From: an uncultured Gammaproteobacteria bacterium
GTDB taxonomy: Bacteria; Pseudomonadota; Gammaproteobacteria; SG8-11
Reading direction: 5' to 3'
Length of the DNA: 64,000 nt
NCBI GenBank assembly: GCA_964654485.1
Contig: CAZZJI010000007.1
Location: 3,276-67,275 of the forward strand
In this document: positions 39,596 to 48,581 of the stretch, in pieces
How the letters are laid out: each line of letters starts with the position of its first letter
Numbering within the stretch: the stretch's first letter is position 1
Notes under the pieces: model-generated
Databases searched by the model: none
What the model was told of the DNA's origin: nothing
Seen by the model: only the letters and a program-made list of their open reading frames with translations
Position numbers and translations under genes: made by a program

Positions 39596-39636
39596 GCTTA
39601 GGAGGCGACTGCTCTATCCGACTGTGCTACCGGGGC
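39596..39636 (-). pseudogene. Orphan tRNA-Arg(CCT)-like 5' half (acceptor 5' strand, D arm, anticodon stem 5' strand and loop)
   Basis: Minus strand reads GCCCCGG TA GCAC AGTCGGATA GAGC A GTCGC CTCCTAA GC, then diverges (taacaatc) with no anticodon-stem partner or T arm. Confidence 0.65.
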
Positions 39637-39690
39637 AACAAACGTGTATTGAATAATCTTGTTGTTACACTAAAATAAATATCGAGTGAT

Positions 39691-39987
39691 TTATGAGTAT
39701 TCATCTGTTTTTCCCCTTTTCCATTTTATATACTGAAGATCTTCATGATGGCCAGAAAATTCAATCCATTCAAATAGAAACCCTTTTAAGCCGCCGAACC
39801 AATCGGGTCGGTAAGCAACGACCTTGTAGGTGATGCAACCTGTCCCCTGGATTTTTCGATTTGTGTGATCTGTTAAAATAACGCTATAAGCTATTGATAT
39901 ATTGATAAAATATGTATGTGACTGGTCATTCACAGACGTATATTTAGAGATTAGAAACCACGTTGGCGTACCTAAAAACGCGGCCAA
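39691..39987 (-). CDS. Hypothetical ORF (98 aa, TTG start), doubtful
   Basis: Only an open frame. No ATG, no clear RBS, no recognised motifs. Confidence 0.2.
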   Translation of the reverse strand: MAAFLGTPTWFLISKYTSVNDQSHTYFINISIAYSVILTDHTNRKIQGTGCITYKVVAYRPDWFGGLKGFLFEWIEFSGHHEDLQYIKWKRGKTDEYS

Positions 39988-40263
39988 TGTTAATCGTGTT
40001 GTAATAAAACTTTGTCCCAGTCGTCTTTAGTTATTCTAGTTAAGGAACCAGTTAAGTAATCGTATTAAGTAATGGGATATTAGTCACCGGACTAAGAAGA
40101 TCGCATATTATAGCCTAATAAAAAAGAGTATAAATCGAAATATCCCGTGTTGATTAAATAATAGTGCTAGTATTAGCCGGTTTTTGCGGTGATAGATGTA
40201 AATCTTCAGATAAAAAAATGCCTATACAAACGAAATATAAACAGGTTGTCGGGGTTTTAACAA

Positions 40264-41250
40264 ATGCATGCAACATTACCGTTATTAGAAACAACAAATT
40301 TTCCATTGATAAAAAGATCCAGACTCGAAACACTGCAAGTAAATCTGGGTTACAAGTGCAACCAACAGTGTTTACATTGTCACGTTAACGCCAGCCCCCA
40401 ACGAAAAGAGGTGATGGATAAGGAGACTGTTGACACCGTTATCGCTTTTTTGGAATCAACCAACGTAAACTCAAATGCAAACTCAGGCGTAAAGAAGCTG
40501 GACCTCACTGGCGGTGCGCCTGAACTTAATCCGTACTTTCGCAAATTGGTACGTCACGCTCGTCAATTGGGAATTCATGTGATAGACAGGTGTAATCTCA
40601 CAATACTTGAAGAACCCGGTTTTGAAGATTTAGCAGAATTTTTGGCTGAGCAGCAGGTTGAGGTCATCGCATCATTACCATGCTATTTAGAAGATAACGT
40701 AAACAAGCAACGTGGTAGCGGTGTTTTTGGTACCAGTATTAGCGGGTTGCGGAAATTAAATAAATTAGGTTATGGAAAACCAGGCACAGGTTTAGAACTC
40801 AACCTGGTTTACAATCCGCAGGGGCCGGTACTGCCGCCAGCACAAGTGATGCTTGAACAAGACTATAAAGAAAATCTTGGGGAGCGGTTTTCGGTTGTTT
40901 TTAATAATTTATTCACACTTGCCAATATGCCCATTAAACGATTCGGCAGTACGTTAATCTCTAAAGGCCAATTTGAAGACTATATGTTACTTTTACGTGG
41001 CTCTCATAATACTGAAAATTTACGCTCTGTAATGTGCAAAATATTGATAAGTGTTGATTGGCGGGGATATGTGTATGACTGTGATTTTAACCAGATGTTA
41101 GGTTTACCATTGGGTGCAACAAAGAAACCAAGTATACATATAAAAGATTTAACCACAGTTGATCTCGAAGGTGGCTCTATATGTGTAAAAGACCATTGTT
41201 ATGGTTGTACCGCGGGGCAGGGAAGTAGCTGTGGTGGTGCTCTCGCATAA
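40264..41250 (+). CDS. arsS: Radical SAM/Cys-rich-domain protein of the ArsS (arsenosugar biosynthesis radical SAM) family
   Basis: 328 aa. CNQQCLHC radical SAM motif near the N-terminus. C-terminal Cys-rich tail CVKDHCYGCTAGQGSSCGG. Followed by a DUF2064-type gene, as I recall for this family. Confidence 0.75.
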   Translation: MHATLPLLETTNFPLIKRSRLETLQVNLGYKCNQQCLHCHVNASPQRKEVMDKETVDTVIAFLESTNVNSNANSGVKKLDLTGGAPELNPYFRKLVRHARQLGIHVIDRCNLTILEEPGFEDLAEFLAEQQVEVIASLPCYLEDNVNKQRGSGVFGTSISGLRKLNKLGYGKPGTGLELNLVYNPQGPVLPPAQVMLEQDYKENLGERFSVVFNNLFTLANMPIKRFGSTLISKGQFEDYMLLLRGSHNTENLRSVMCKILISVDWRGYVYDCDFNQMLGLPLGATKKPSIHIKDLTTVDLEGGSICVKDHCYGCTAGQGSSCGGALA

Positions 41251-41263
41251 CGCATAATATAAT

Positions 41264-41908
41264 TTGATGAATTCCGTTGCACTTATTATTTTCGCCAAAG
41301 CGCCAATTCCTGGAACGGTTAAAACACGATTAATTGACACGCTAGGTTCCCAGGGTTCGGCCGACTTACATAAACAGCTAACAACCCGTTGTCTGGAAAT
41401 GGCCGCAAGGTCTTCTCGTTACGCAGTTAATCTTTGGTGTACACCTACACCTGATCACTCATTTTTCAAGGCCTTGTCAACGAAATTCTCTGTTGCTTTG
41501 AGACAGCAGCAGGGTGGGGATCTTGGTGAACGTATGGCGTTTGCTATCAAAGAGGCACTAAAAAGCAATGATATTGCAATAATCATTGGATCCGATTGTC
41601 CTATGCTTACACATAGAGATTTAGAGCTAATCATTAACAAGCTGGAAAATGGTTTCGACGCAAGCATCATTCCCGCTGAAGATGGGGGTTACGTATTGTT
41701 GGGCTTACGCAAATTCTCATCCGTGCTTTTTAAAGAGATAGAATGGGGCGGCAAGCATGTTTTTGAAAAAACGAAAATGCATTTAAATGATCTTAGCTGG
41801 AATTGGTATCAACATGAAACATTTTGGGATGTTGATCGTCCAAATGATCTGGAACGGCTAAAATCGTTTGATAAATTGTTGCCGGGAACTGTTATAGGAA
41901 ACTATTGA
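41264..41908 (+). CDS. DUF2064 / TIGR04282-family putative glycosyltransferase (ArsS-associated)
   Basis: 214 aa. N-terminus ALIIFAKAPIPGTVKTRL, then IIIGSDCP and AEDGGYVLLG patterns typical of DUF2064. Confidence 0.7.
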   Translation: MMNSVALIIFAKAPIPGTVKTRLIDTLGSQGSADLHKQLTTRCLEMAARSSRYAVNLWCTPTPDHSFFKALSTKFSVALRQQQGGDLGERMAFAIKEALKSNDIAIIIGSDCPMLTHRDLELIINKLENGFDASIIPAEDGGYVLLGLRKFSSVLFKEIEWGGKHVFEKTKMHLNDLSWNWYQHETFWDVDRPNDLERLKSFDKLLPGTVIGNY

Positions 41909-41914
41909 AAACCC

Positions 41915-44059
41915 ATGAAAGCGTCGATACAAAAAATAGGTTTGCTTATTGTCATTGCGGTGCTGGCATTCAGTTTCTTTCAGTACGATTTAGGCAGCTA
42001 TCTCACATTGGATTATTTTAAATCTCAGCAACAAGCTTTTGAAGCGTATTACCGGGATCATACTCTGGAAACAATTGCGATTTATTTTGCTGTCTATATT
42101 ATTGTTACTGCATTATCTCTTCCGGGTGCAGTTATTTTAACATTGGTTGGCGGGGCATTGTTTGGGGTTGTTGTGGGTGTTGTTGTGGTGTCGTTCGCAA
42201 GCACAATTGGCGCGACCTGTGCGTTTCTTGTTTCGCGTTTTTTATTGCGAGACTATGTGCAATCAAAATTTGGCGACAAGCTCCAGCCAGTCAATGAAGG
42301 TATTAAAAAAGACGGTGCATTTTATTTATTTACCCTGAGATTAATCCCTGTCTTTCCATTCTTTATGATCAATTTGGTCATGGGTCTTACACCCTTATCC
42401 ACCATAAAGTTTTTCTTTGTTAGTCAAATCGGTATGCTCGCTGGAACCGCTGTATTTGTAAATGCCGGCACACAAATAGGTAAACTAGAAAGTTTATCCG
42501 GCATACTGTCGCTACCCATACTGATTTCGTTTGCTCTATTGGGCATTTTCCCGTTGATTGCCAAAAATATAATTGGCTTTATTAGGGGCAGGCGTTATCT
42601 GAAAAAATATAAAAAACCTGCGTCGTTTGACTACAATCTTGTGGCGATCGGCGCGGGTTCAGGCGGGCTTGTTGCTTCCCTTATCGCGGCAGCGGTGAAA
42701 TCAAAGGTTGCGCTAATCGAAAAGCATAAAATGGGAGGAGATTGCCTCAATACAGGTTGTGTACCCAGTAAAGCACTAATACGTTCAGCAAAAATGCTTT
42801 CTTACGCCAAAAAAGCGAATAAATATGGATTTAAAAAAACGACCGTTGATTTTAACTTTTCAGATGTAATGGAGCGTGTACAGCAAGTAATCAAAAAAAT
42901 TGAACCGCACGATTCAGTGGAACGATTTACCGATCTCGGCGTGGATTGTATTCAAGGGGAAGCAAAAATAATTTCACCTTATCATGTGGAAGTAAACGGC
43001 AAAGTGATAACAACTAAAAATATCGTTATTTCAACTGGTGGTCGTCCTAGTGTTCCCAATTTTCCCGGTATTGATCAAGTCAATTACAAGACAAGTGATA
43101 CGCTTTGGGATCTGCGCGAATTGCCAAAACGACTTTTGGTGTTAGGTGCCGGTCCCATAGGTTGTGAGCTGGCGCAATCGTTTCAACGATTCGGGTCTGA
43201 GGTCACTTTGGTGCAAAGAGCTGACACAATTTTGCCTGCAGAGGATGCTGATGCGTCAGAAATTGTACGTGATAGTTTGCAAAAAGAGGGTATAAAGCTT
43301 ATGACCGGTTGTTCTGCATCACATTTTGTGACAGAAAAGGGCAAGCAAACATTAATCTGTACAAAAAAAGATGAAACGCAAGTGGAAATCGGTTTTGATC
43401 TGGTTCTCCTGGCATTAGGTCGAAAAGCGAATACCTCCGGTTTTGGGCTTGATGATCTGGATATACAGTTATCTGACAAGGGCACGATTGAATGCGATGA
43501 ATTTATGCGCACCAATTATCCTAATATTTATGTGTGTGGTGATGTTACTGGCCCATATCAATTTACTCACGTTGCATCGCATCAGGCGTGGTTTGCAACC
43601 GTTAATGCGTTATTCAGTCCCCTTAAAAAGTTTAAAGTGGATTATCGTGTGATTCCCTGGGCAACGTTTACCGATCCGGAAATTGCACGGGTCGGATTAA
43701 ATGAAAAAGAAGCAAAGCAAAAATCGATTGCTTATGAAGTCACAACCTATGGCATAGATGATCTTGATCGTGCGATTGCCGATAGTGAAGATCATGGTGT
43801 GGTGAAAGTGCTTACGGTGCCAGGAAAGGATAAAATACTTGGCGTGACAATTGTGGGTGCTCACGCATCAGATATTATCGCTGAGTTTGTGACCGCCATG
43901 AAATATAATCTTGGATTAAATAAGATATTGGGCACTATTCATATTTATCCCACACTGGCAGAGTCAAATAAATATGTCGCGGGGAATTGGAAGAAAAAAC
44001 ATGCGCCACAAGGTGTGTTAGCGATGTTGAAGAAGTTTCATACATGGCGGCGGCATTAA
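41915..44059 (+). CDS. Fusion protein: N-terminal DedA/TVP38-TMEM64 membrane domain + C-terminal class I pyridine nucleotide-disulfide oxidoreductase
   Basis: 714 aa. About 230 aa polytopic N-terminus. Then GAGSGG (FAD), redox-active GGDCLNTGCVPSK, GAGPIGCE (NAD), C-terminal HIYPTLAE dimerisation motif. Confidence 0.85.
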   Translation: MKASIQKIGLLIVIAVLAFSFFQYDLGSYLTLDYFKSQQQAFEAYYRDHTLETIAIYFAVYIIVTALSLPGAVILTLVGGALFGVVVGVVVVSFASTIGATCAFLVSRFLLRDYVQSKFGDKLQPVNEGIKKDGAFYLFTLRLIPVFPFFMINLVMGLTPLSTIKFFFVSQIGMLAGTAVFVNAGTQIGKLESLSGILSLPILISFALLGIFPLIAKNIIGFIRGRRYLKKYKKPASFDYNLVAIGAGSGGLVASLIAAAVKSKVALIEKHKMGGDCLNTGCVPSKALIRSAKMLSYAKKANKYGFKKTTVDFNFSDVMERVQQVIKKIEPHDSVERFTDLGVDCIQGEAKIISPYHVEVNGKVITTKNIVISTGGRPSVPNFPGIDQVNYKTSDTLWDLRELPKRLLVLGAGPIGCELAQSFQRFGSEVTLVQRADTILPAEDADASEIVRDSLQKEGIKLMTGCSASHFVTEKGKQTLICTKKDETQVEIGFDLVLLALGRKANTSGFGLDDLDIQLSDKGTIECDEFMRTNYPNIYVCGDVTGPYQFTHVASHQAWFATVNALFSPLKKFKVDYRVIPWATFTDPEIARVGLNEKEAKQKSIAYEVTTYGIDDLDRAIADSEDHGVVKVLTVPGKDKILGVTIVGAHASDIIAEFVTAMKYNLGLNKILGTIHIYPTLAESNKYVAGNWKKKHAPQGVLAMLKKFHTWRRH

Positions 44060-44091
44060 ATTTGCTATTTCTCTGGCGTTAATTAGAAATA

Positions 44092-44772
44092 TTATTGTAA
44101 TGCAAAAACAACGGGCACAATAAACTCCAGTGTCTGGTGCAGATTATTTTCCGGCATGGGCGGAAATGGATTTGCCCGTTCGGCCATTTCAAGCGCGGCT
44201 TTATCAAGCAGTCGATTACCGGTGCGCTGTTCCAACGTAATTTTTAGGGTCTGCCCGGTTTGATCGATCAATATGCGTAATCGACCCTCTCCTTCAATGC
44301 GCATACGCTTGGCCCTTTTGGGGTATTTTTTTTGTTTTTCCAGCCAGGCAACGAGTAGCTGTTCATACTTTGCCATAGCGGTGGCGTTCAGTGGTGCAGG
44401 GCTAGATTCTACTGGGGAAGGTTCTTGTATGGAAACAGGTGCTTCCACAACCTCAGGAGGATTTTCAATCGGTAATGGATCAGGTTGTGGTTGTGGTACA
44501 GGTTCTTGAATCACAGGCTCTGGAACATGCCTAGGTTCTGGTTCCGGCTTCGGTTTAGGGGTAACGGGTGGTTTGATTTTTTTCTGAGGTGGCGGTGTGA
44601 CAGGTTCGACAGCGGTGGTGGTCTCTGCAATAGCCGCCAGCAAACTAACACGAAGCGTTTGTTCAGGTGGTTCTGGCAGAGGTGCAGGCAGCGCCAGCCA
44701 AAACGCTATACCGCTATGCAGGGCGAGTGCGACGAGTAGCGCGGTGCTCATTTGCTGCCAGGTGATCGTCAT
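44092..44772 (-). CDS. tonB: Energy transducer TonB
   Basis: 226 aa. N-terminal TM anchor, Pro-rich spacer (KPKPEPEPRHVPEPVIQEPVPQPQPDP), C-terminal TonB domain. Downstream of exbB-exbD. Confidence 0.9.
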   Translation of the reverse strand: MTITWQQMSTALLVALALHSGIAFWLALPAPLPEPPEQTLRVSLLAAIAETTTAVEPVTPPPQKKIKPPVTPKPKPEPEPRHVPEPVIQEPVPQPQPDPLPIENPPEVVEAPVSIQEPSPVESSPAPLNATAMAKYEQLLVAWLEKQKKYPKRAKRMRIEGEGRLRILIDQTGQTLKITLEQRTGNRLLDKAALEMAERANPFPPMPENNLHQTLEFIVPVVFALQ

Positions 44773-44781
44773 GGGTACCGG

Positions 44782-45180
44782 CTACTTCTGGGTGGTGGCT
44801 AATGCAACATTGTTACCGCCAGCGGCGCGAATCTCATCCATGACCTTCAATAGCTGCTGTACTTCGGTACGGGCATCACTTTTCAGGGTAATGGCGACAT
44901 CGGTATTGTCTGCGATCAAGGGTTCGATAGTCTGGCGCAGTTTATCAAGTTGAATCGGTTCGCTATTGAGTGCCAGTTCACCTGACGCGTTGAGAGAAAC
45001 CGTAATCGGTGTAATTTCAGTAACAGTCGCACCAGCAGATTCGGGCAGTTCCAACTCGATGGCTTCCGGCACTAAAAAGGTACTGGTCAACATAAAAAAG
45101 ACCAATAGCAAAAAAACAATATCAATTAATGGCGCGATATCAAGGTGGGAATGGATGCGCGCACGGCCCTCAAATTCCAT
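44782..45180 (-). CDS. exbD: Biopolymer transport protein ExbD/TolR
   Basis: Start at ATG 45180 (MEFEGRARIHSHLDIAPLIDIVFLLLVFF), overlapping the exbB end by 11 nt. The longer ORF to 45255 is rejected. Confidence 0.9.
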   Translation of the reverse strand: MEFEGRARIHSHLDIAPLIDIVFLLLVFFMLTSTFLVPEAIELELPESAGATVTEITPITVSLNASGELALNSEPIQLDKLRQTIEPLIADNTDVAITLKSDARTEVQQLLKVMDEIRAAGGNNVALATTQK

Positions 45181-45847
45181 GGGTTTCGTCCTCGATTTTG
45201 TCGTCGTCACGGGTTGAGATATTGGCCGGTGTTTTACCAAAATGACGCAACACACGAATGCTTACGTCCTTCATGGATGCACGTACATGATCCACTTCAC
45301 CTTCTAAATAATAGAATGCGGCCATAGCGGGAATGGCCACGGTTAATCCAAAGGCAGTGGTTAGCAGTGCTTCCCAAATCCCACCCGAAAGAATCGACGG
45401 ATCAACACGGCTACCGGCGGCTTCAAGATTCATAAAGGCGACAATCATGCCGGTAACTGTGCCTAACAATCCCAACAATGGACTCAAGTGAGCGATGGAT
45501 GAGAGGCCGCGTAGCCACGATTCAAGATTGCGGATTTGCGTAGAACCAACCCGACTCACTTCGGCCTCCACATCTTTTGCCGACATGGCCGGGTCAGCGC
45601 CGCAACGTATGGCACTTTCCATTACACATGCGACGGGGCTGTGCTGTAGTTGTAATGCATGCAAAGCACTGTTGTAATCGCCTTGTTGCAGTGCGGTCAG
45701 TGTTGGATCGACAAAATCTAAACGACGCAGACCACTACGGAAATACTGAAACAGTTTAAGCAGAATGATGGCGACGGCCAGAACAGACATGGCTAGCAGT
45801 ACCCACATGACCGGCCCACCTTGTTGGAATAAACTCACTATATTCAT
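45170..45847 (-). CDS. exbB: MotA/TolQ/ExbB proton channel protein
   Basis: 225 aa, 3 TM. Conserved PLLGLLGTVTGMI and GIWEALLTTAFGL segments. Confidence 0.9.
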   Translation of the reverse strand: MNIVSLFQQGGPVMWVLLAMSVLAVAIILLKLFQYFRSGLRRLDFVDPTLTALQQGDYNSALHALQLQHSPVACVMESAIRCGADPAMSAKDVEAEVSRVGSTQIRNLESWLRGLSSIAHLSPLLGLLGTVTGMIVAFMNLEAAGSRVDPSILSGGIWEALLTTAFGLTVAIPAMAAFYYLEGEVDHVRASMKDVSIRVLRHFGKTPANISTRDDDKIEDETHGI

Positions 45848-45876
45848 AAGCGCTCAATTAACATTTTTAAAAGGAA

Positions 45877-45908
45877 ACGGGTGGCAACCAAAAGGGCTTG
45901 CTACCCGT
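45877..45908 (-). terminator. Stem-loop with T-rich tail between receptor gene and exbB (probable rho-independent terminator/attenuator)
   Basis: Minus strand: acgggtagcaa-gcccttttgg-ttgccacccgt (10 of 11 pairs), followed by ttccttttaaaaa. Confidence 0.5.
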
Positions 45909-45936
45909 AAACGAGCCATTCTTGGCGTAATGGGAT

Positions 45937-48213
45937 TTACAAATCCATTTCAACCCCGGCATAAACGAACTGCGGCAGGCCACCGCGTGCGCCATGGGGC
46001 TGACGCGATACGATATATTCTTCATCAAAGAGATTTTGCACTCCACCGAAGAGTTTCACCGTTTCGTTGATGCGATAAAAGACAGAAATATCCGTGGTAA
46101 AATAACTGTCTGTTTTGCCATATCGAGCATCGGGTTCGCCAGCCCCGTTAACTTGATTGTCAACATTATTGGCGCTGGTATATGTCTCGCTCACATAGTT
46201 ACCCGAGATGAACGCACCCCATTTTTTAGTCTCGACACCGCTACCCAGACTCAATGTAAACTTTGGAATATAAGGCACTGCATTGCCCGCTTTACCGAAG
46301 CTGAAAATCGATTCCGCATCCGTAGACGTTGAATCATTTTTTTGTTCCGCATTGGTATAGGTTGCGCTTAGGTAAGAAGGATTGTTGATCCGCCAATTGT
46401 TAGCGAGTCCGGCATCATATTGAAGTGCGAATTCAATCCCAAAGGTATCTACCTCGCCAAAGTTTTCATCATCACCAGTACCTGTCCCACCGACATTATC
46501 AGTCACGATTAAATCTTCAAAAGCCGTGTAAAAAATAGTGCTTTCAGCCGCAAATGCTTGCTGGATATTGCTATGACGTGTACCGATTTCAAAAGCGATG
46601 CTGGATTCTGGATCAAGGCCAGCGCGTGTGCCCCGAGGGCTGGGAGTGGAATAACCCGTGTGTAGGCCACCAAAACCTGTCCATTGTTCGCTGAACTGGT
46701 AGGCCGCACCCACGCCATAGGCACTGACATTAAAGCTGTTTTTACCGTCCCGACCTTTTGTGCCACCCGCACTTTGCAGGGTACCTTTGGGGTCTTCGGA
46801 GGTTTGATCCAGTGTTTCGTAACGAACTCCGGGTGTGATTGTCCAGGCACCTGTTTCAATGGTGTCTTGAACAAACAGTGCTAAGGCTTTTGTTTCCTGA
46901 AAACGATTACCTGCATCACCGGGTATGCCAGGTGTTATTCCCGTGATGGTGCCGTTAGTGGCCTGAGTATAGGTATCCTCCCATTGAAATCGAGTTATTT
47001 CATCTTGGTGTAGACGAAGGCCAGCCATTATTTCGTGTTGAACGTTGTCTGATCCAAAACGGAAATACCCGACTGACTCAAGACCTTGGGTGTAGTATTT
47101 ACGATTGTTGGCTCTGACTTTTAGTTCACATGCGGCGGTGCCCTTCATGCAGTCCTGAGACAATCCAGGGGTTTCAATAACCTGAGAAAGATTGTCTCCA
47201 TTGAGCGAGTTGAGCTTGTACCAGTTACGCTTGAAATCGGTCTGGTAGAGCGTTGCAATTACATCGAGATCATCAGTGGGGCTGATGCTCCAGCGCAACG
47301 AGGTTTGTTTCTGCTCACTTTTAATGTTATCGAAACGCGATGCCGCATAACGACGTAATGGATTGGCATTAAAATCAGCTTGGCTCAAGCCGAGATAGGT
47401 CTCATTGGCATCCAGTTCACTGGTGCCATGTTTAAATTCAAAACGTTGATACACCGCACTGTTCGGCTCCCATGATAGTTTCACCATGGCATCTGTTTTA
47501 TCAAAGCCGGTGTCATCACCGCTGCGAAAATCAGCAGTCTCATCAATTTTTTTGAAGCCGTTACTCTGTCGACGGTAACCTTCTACCAAAGCACCAAATT
47601 GCCCGGCCGCATCTGTATCAAAGGTATTTCCAAAATAGGCATGGGTACGTTGCTCGTTAAAACTGCCGAGCGTTGATTTCAGATAAGCCTTCTCTTTTGT
47701 TGGGATGGGGGTTGAAAGGTAGTTGATTACGCCGCCGGTTGTGTGAGGGCCGTATTTGATCTGACTGGACCCCTTCAATACTTCTAGTCCGCTCATGCGT
47801 CCCGTGGTGGGTGAATAGTAGGCCGCTGGCGCGGAATAAGGCGCAGGTGACATCATTACCCCATCTTCCATGATGGTTATTTTGGAATTACGGGTGGTAT
47901 CAACACCGCGTAAACTGATGCTGGGGAAGAGGCCAAAACCGTCTTCCTCTCGCACGTAAACCCCCGGCACCTTGCGAAGCACGCGGTTCACATCATCATA
48001 ATTTTGCTGACGAATATCTTCTTTTGTTATTACCTGGGCAGAGCCTGGTATTTTTTCGATATTAGCCGGATTACCAATCACCATGATTTTATCAAGCACA
48101 TTGGCCTTTGTATCCATCTCATCAGACTCTTTATCTGCTGCGTCAGCGGGTAGTACCAGGCCAAGCGTGGCAATAGCGATGGCATCGCGTAATAAACGAT
48201 GTTGTTTTTTCAC
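45937..48213 (-). CDS. TonB-dependent outer-membrane receptor (siderophore/iron-complex type)
   Basis: 758 aa. Signal peptide, plug-domain patterns (VITKEDIRQQNY, VPGVYV, ISLRGV, IMEDGV). Long beta-barrel. Fur box upstream. Confidence 0.9.
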   Translation of the reverse strand: MKKQHRLLRDAIAIATLGLVLPADAADKESDEMDTKANVLDKIMVIGNPANIEKIPGSAQVITKEDIRQQNYDDVNRVLRKVPGVYVREEDGFGLFPSISLRGVDTTRNSKITIMEDGVMMSPAPYSAPAAYYSPTTGRMSGLEVLKGSSQIKYGPHTTGGVINYLSTPIPTKEKAYLKSTLGSFNEQRTHAYFGNTFDTDAAGQFGALVEGYRRQSNGFKKIDETADFRSGDDTGFDKTDAMVKLSWEPNSAVYQRFEFKHGTSELDANETYLGLSQADFNANPLRRYAASRFDNIKSEQKQTSLRWSISPTDDLDVIATLYQTDFKRNWYKLNSLNGDNLSQVIETPGLSQDCMKGTAACELKVRANNRKYYTQGLESVGYFRFGSDNVQHEIMAGLRLHQDEITRFQWEDTYTQATNGTITGITPGIPGDAGNRFQETKALALFVQDTIETGAWTITPGVRYETLDQTSEDPKGTLQSAGGTKGRDGKNSFNVSAYGVGAAYQFSEQWTGFGGLHTGYSTPSPRGTRAGLDPESSIAFEIGTRHSNIQQAFAAESTIFYTAFEDLIVTDNVGGTGTGDDENFGEVDTFGIEFALQYDAGLANNWRINNPSYLSATYTNAEQKNDSTSTDAESIFSFGKAGNAVPYIPKFTLSLGSGVETKKWGAFISGNYVSETYTSANNVDNQVNGAGEPDARYGKTDSYFTTDISVFYRINETVKLFGGVQNLFDEEYIVSRQPHGARGGLPQFVYAGVEMDL

Positions 48214-48343
48214 TGTTTCAATCCCTCAATGTTGTAGTTTTACGATGATGCCGCCTTAGTCGTGGCTCTCTATAACGAGTACTGGAGCAGGGGCTGATAA
48301 CTGGCTGGCTACGTGAGATTATAAATGGATCAATATTAAATGT

Positions 48344-48362
48344 AAATGATAATCATTCGCAT
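48344..48362. promoter_or_regulatory. Fur box upstream of the TonB-dependent receptor gene
   Basis: aaatgataatcattcgcat. The 16-nt core aatgataatcattcgc matches 14 of 16 positions of AATGATAATCATTATC. Embedded in palindrome tgtaaatg...catttaca. Confidence 0.7.
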
Positions 48363-48457
48363 TTACATGGGTAAGAAGTATGAATTTAGGATTTCGATGT
48401 GACACCTTGGAGTTTTGAATGAAGTTTTGTCTATTGTACAAATTAATGCTTGCAAAT

Positions 48458-48479
48458 ACAAATGATTCTCATTATCATT
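48458..48479. promoter_or_regulatory. Second Fur box, upstream of the 92-aa ORF
   Basis: acaaatgattctcattatc matches 14 of 19 positions of GATAATGATAATCATTATC. Confidence 0.65.
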
Positions 48480-48581
48480 TAAAAAAGATTGAGAGATACC
48501 CAGCGCGGTTTTGCCTATGAAGGGCTTAACTCAGCCAGGAGGATGCGGATGTAGTTATTTGAAATCAAAGGAGAACTGCTG

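Noticed and set aside
40164-40388. 74-aa ORF overlapping the arsS start.
   Set aside because: It overlaps the strongly supported arsS frame, has no RBS and a low-complexity translation.
45181-45255. Longer ExbD ORF start (MCCVILVKHRPISQ...).
   Set aside because: The extension lies inside exbB coding sequence. The conserved ExbD N-terminus starts at the ATG at 45180.
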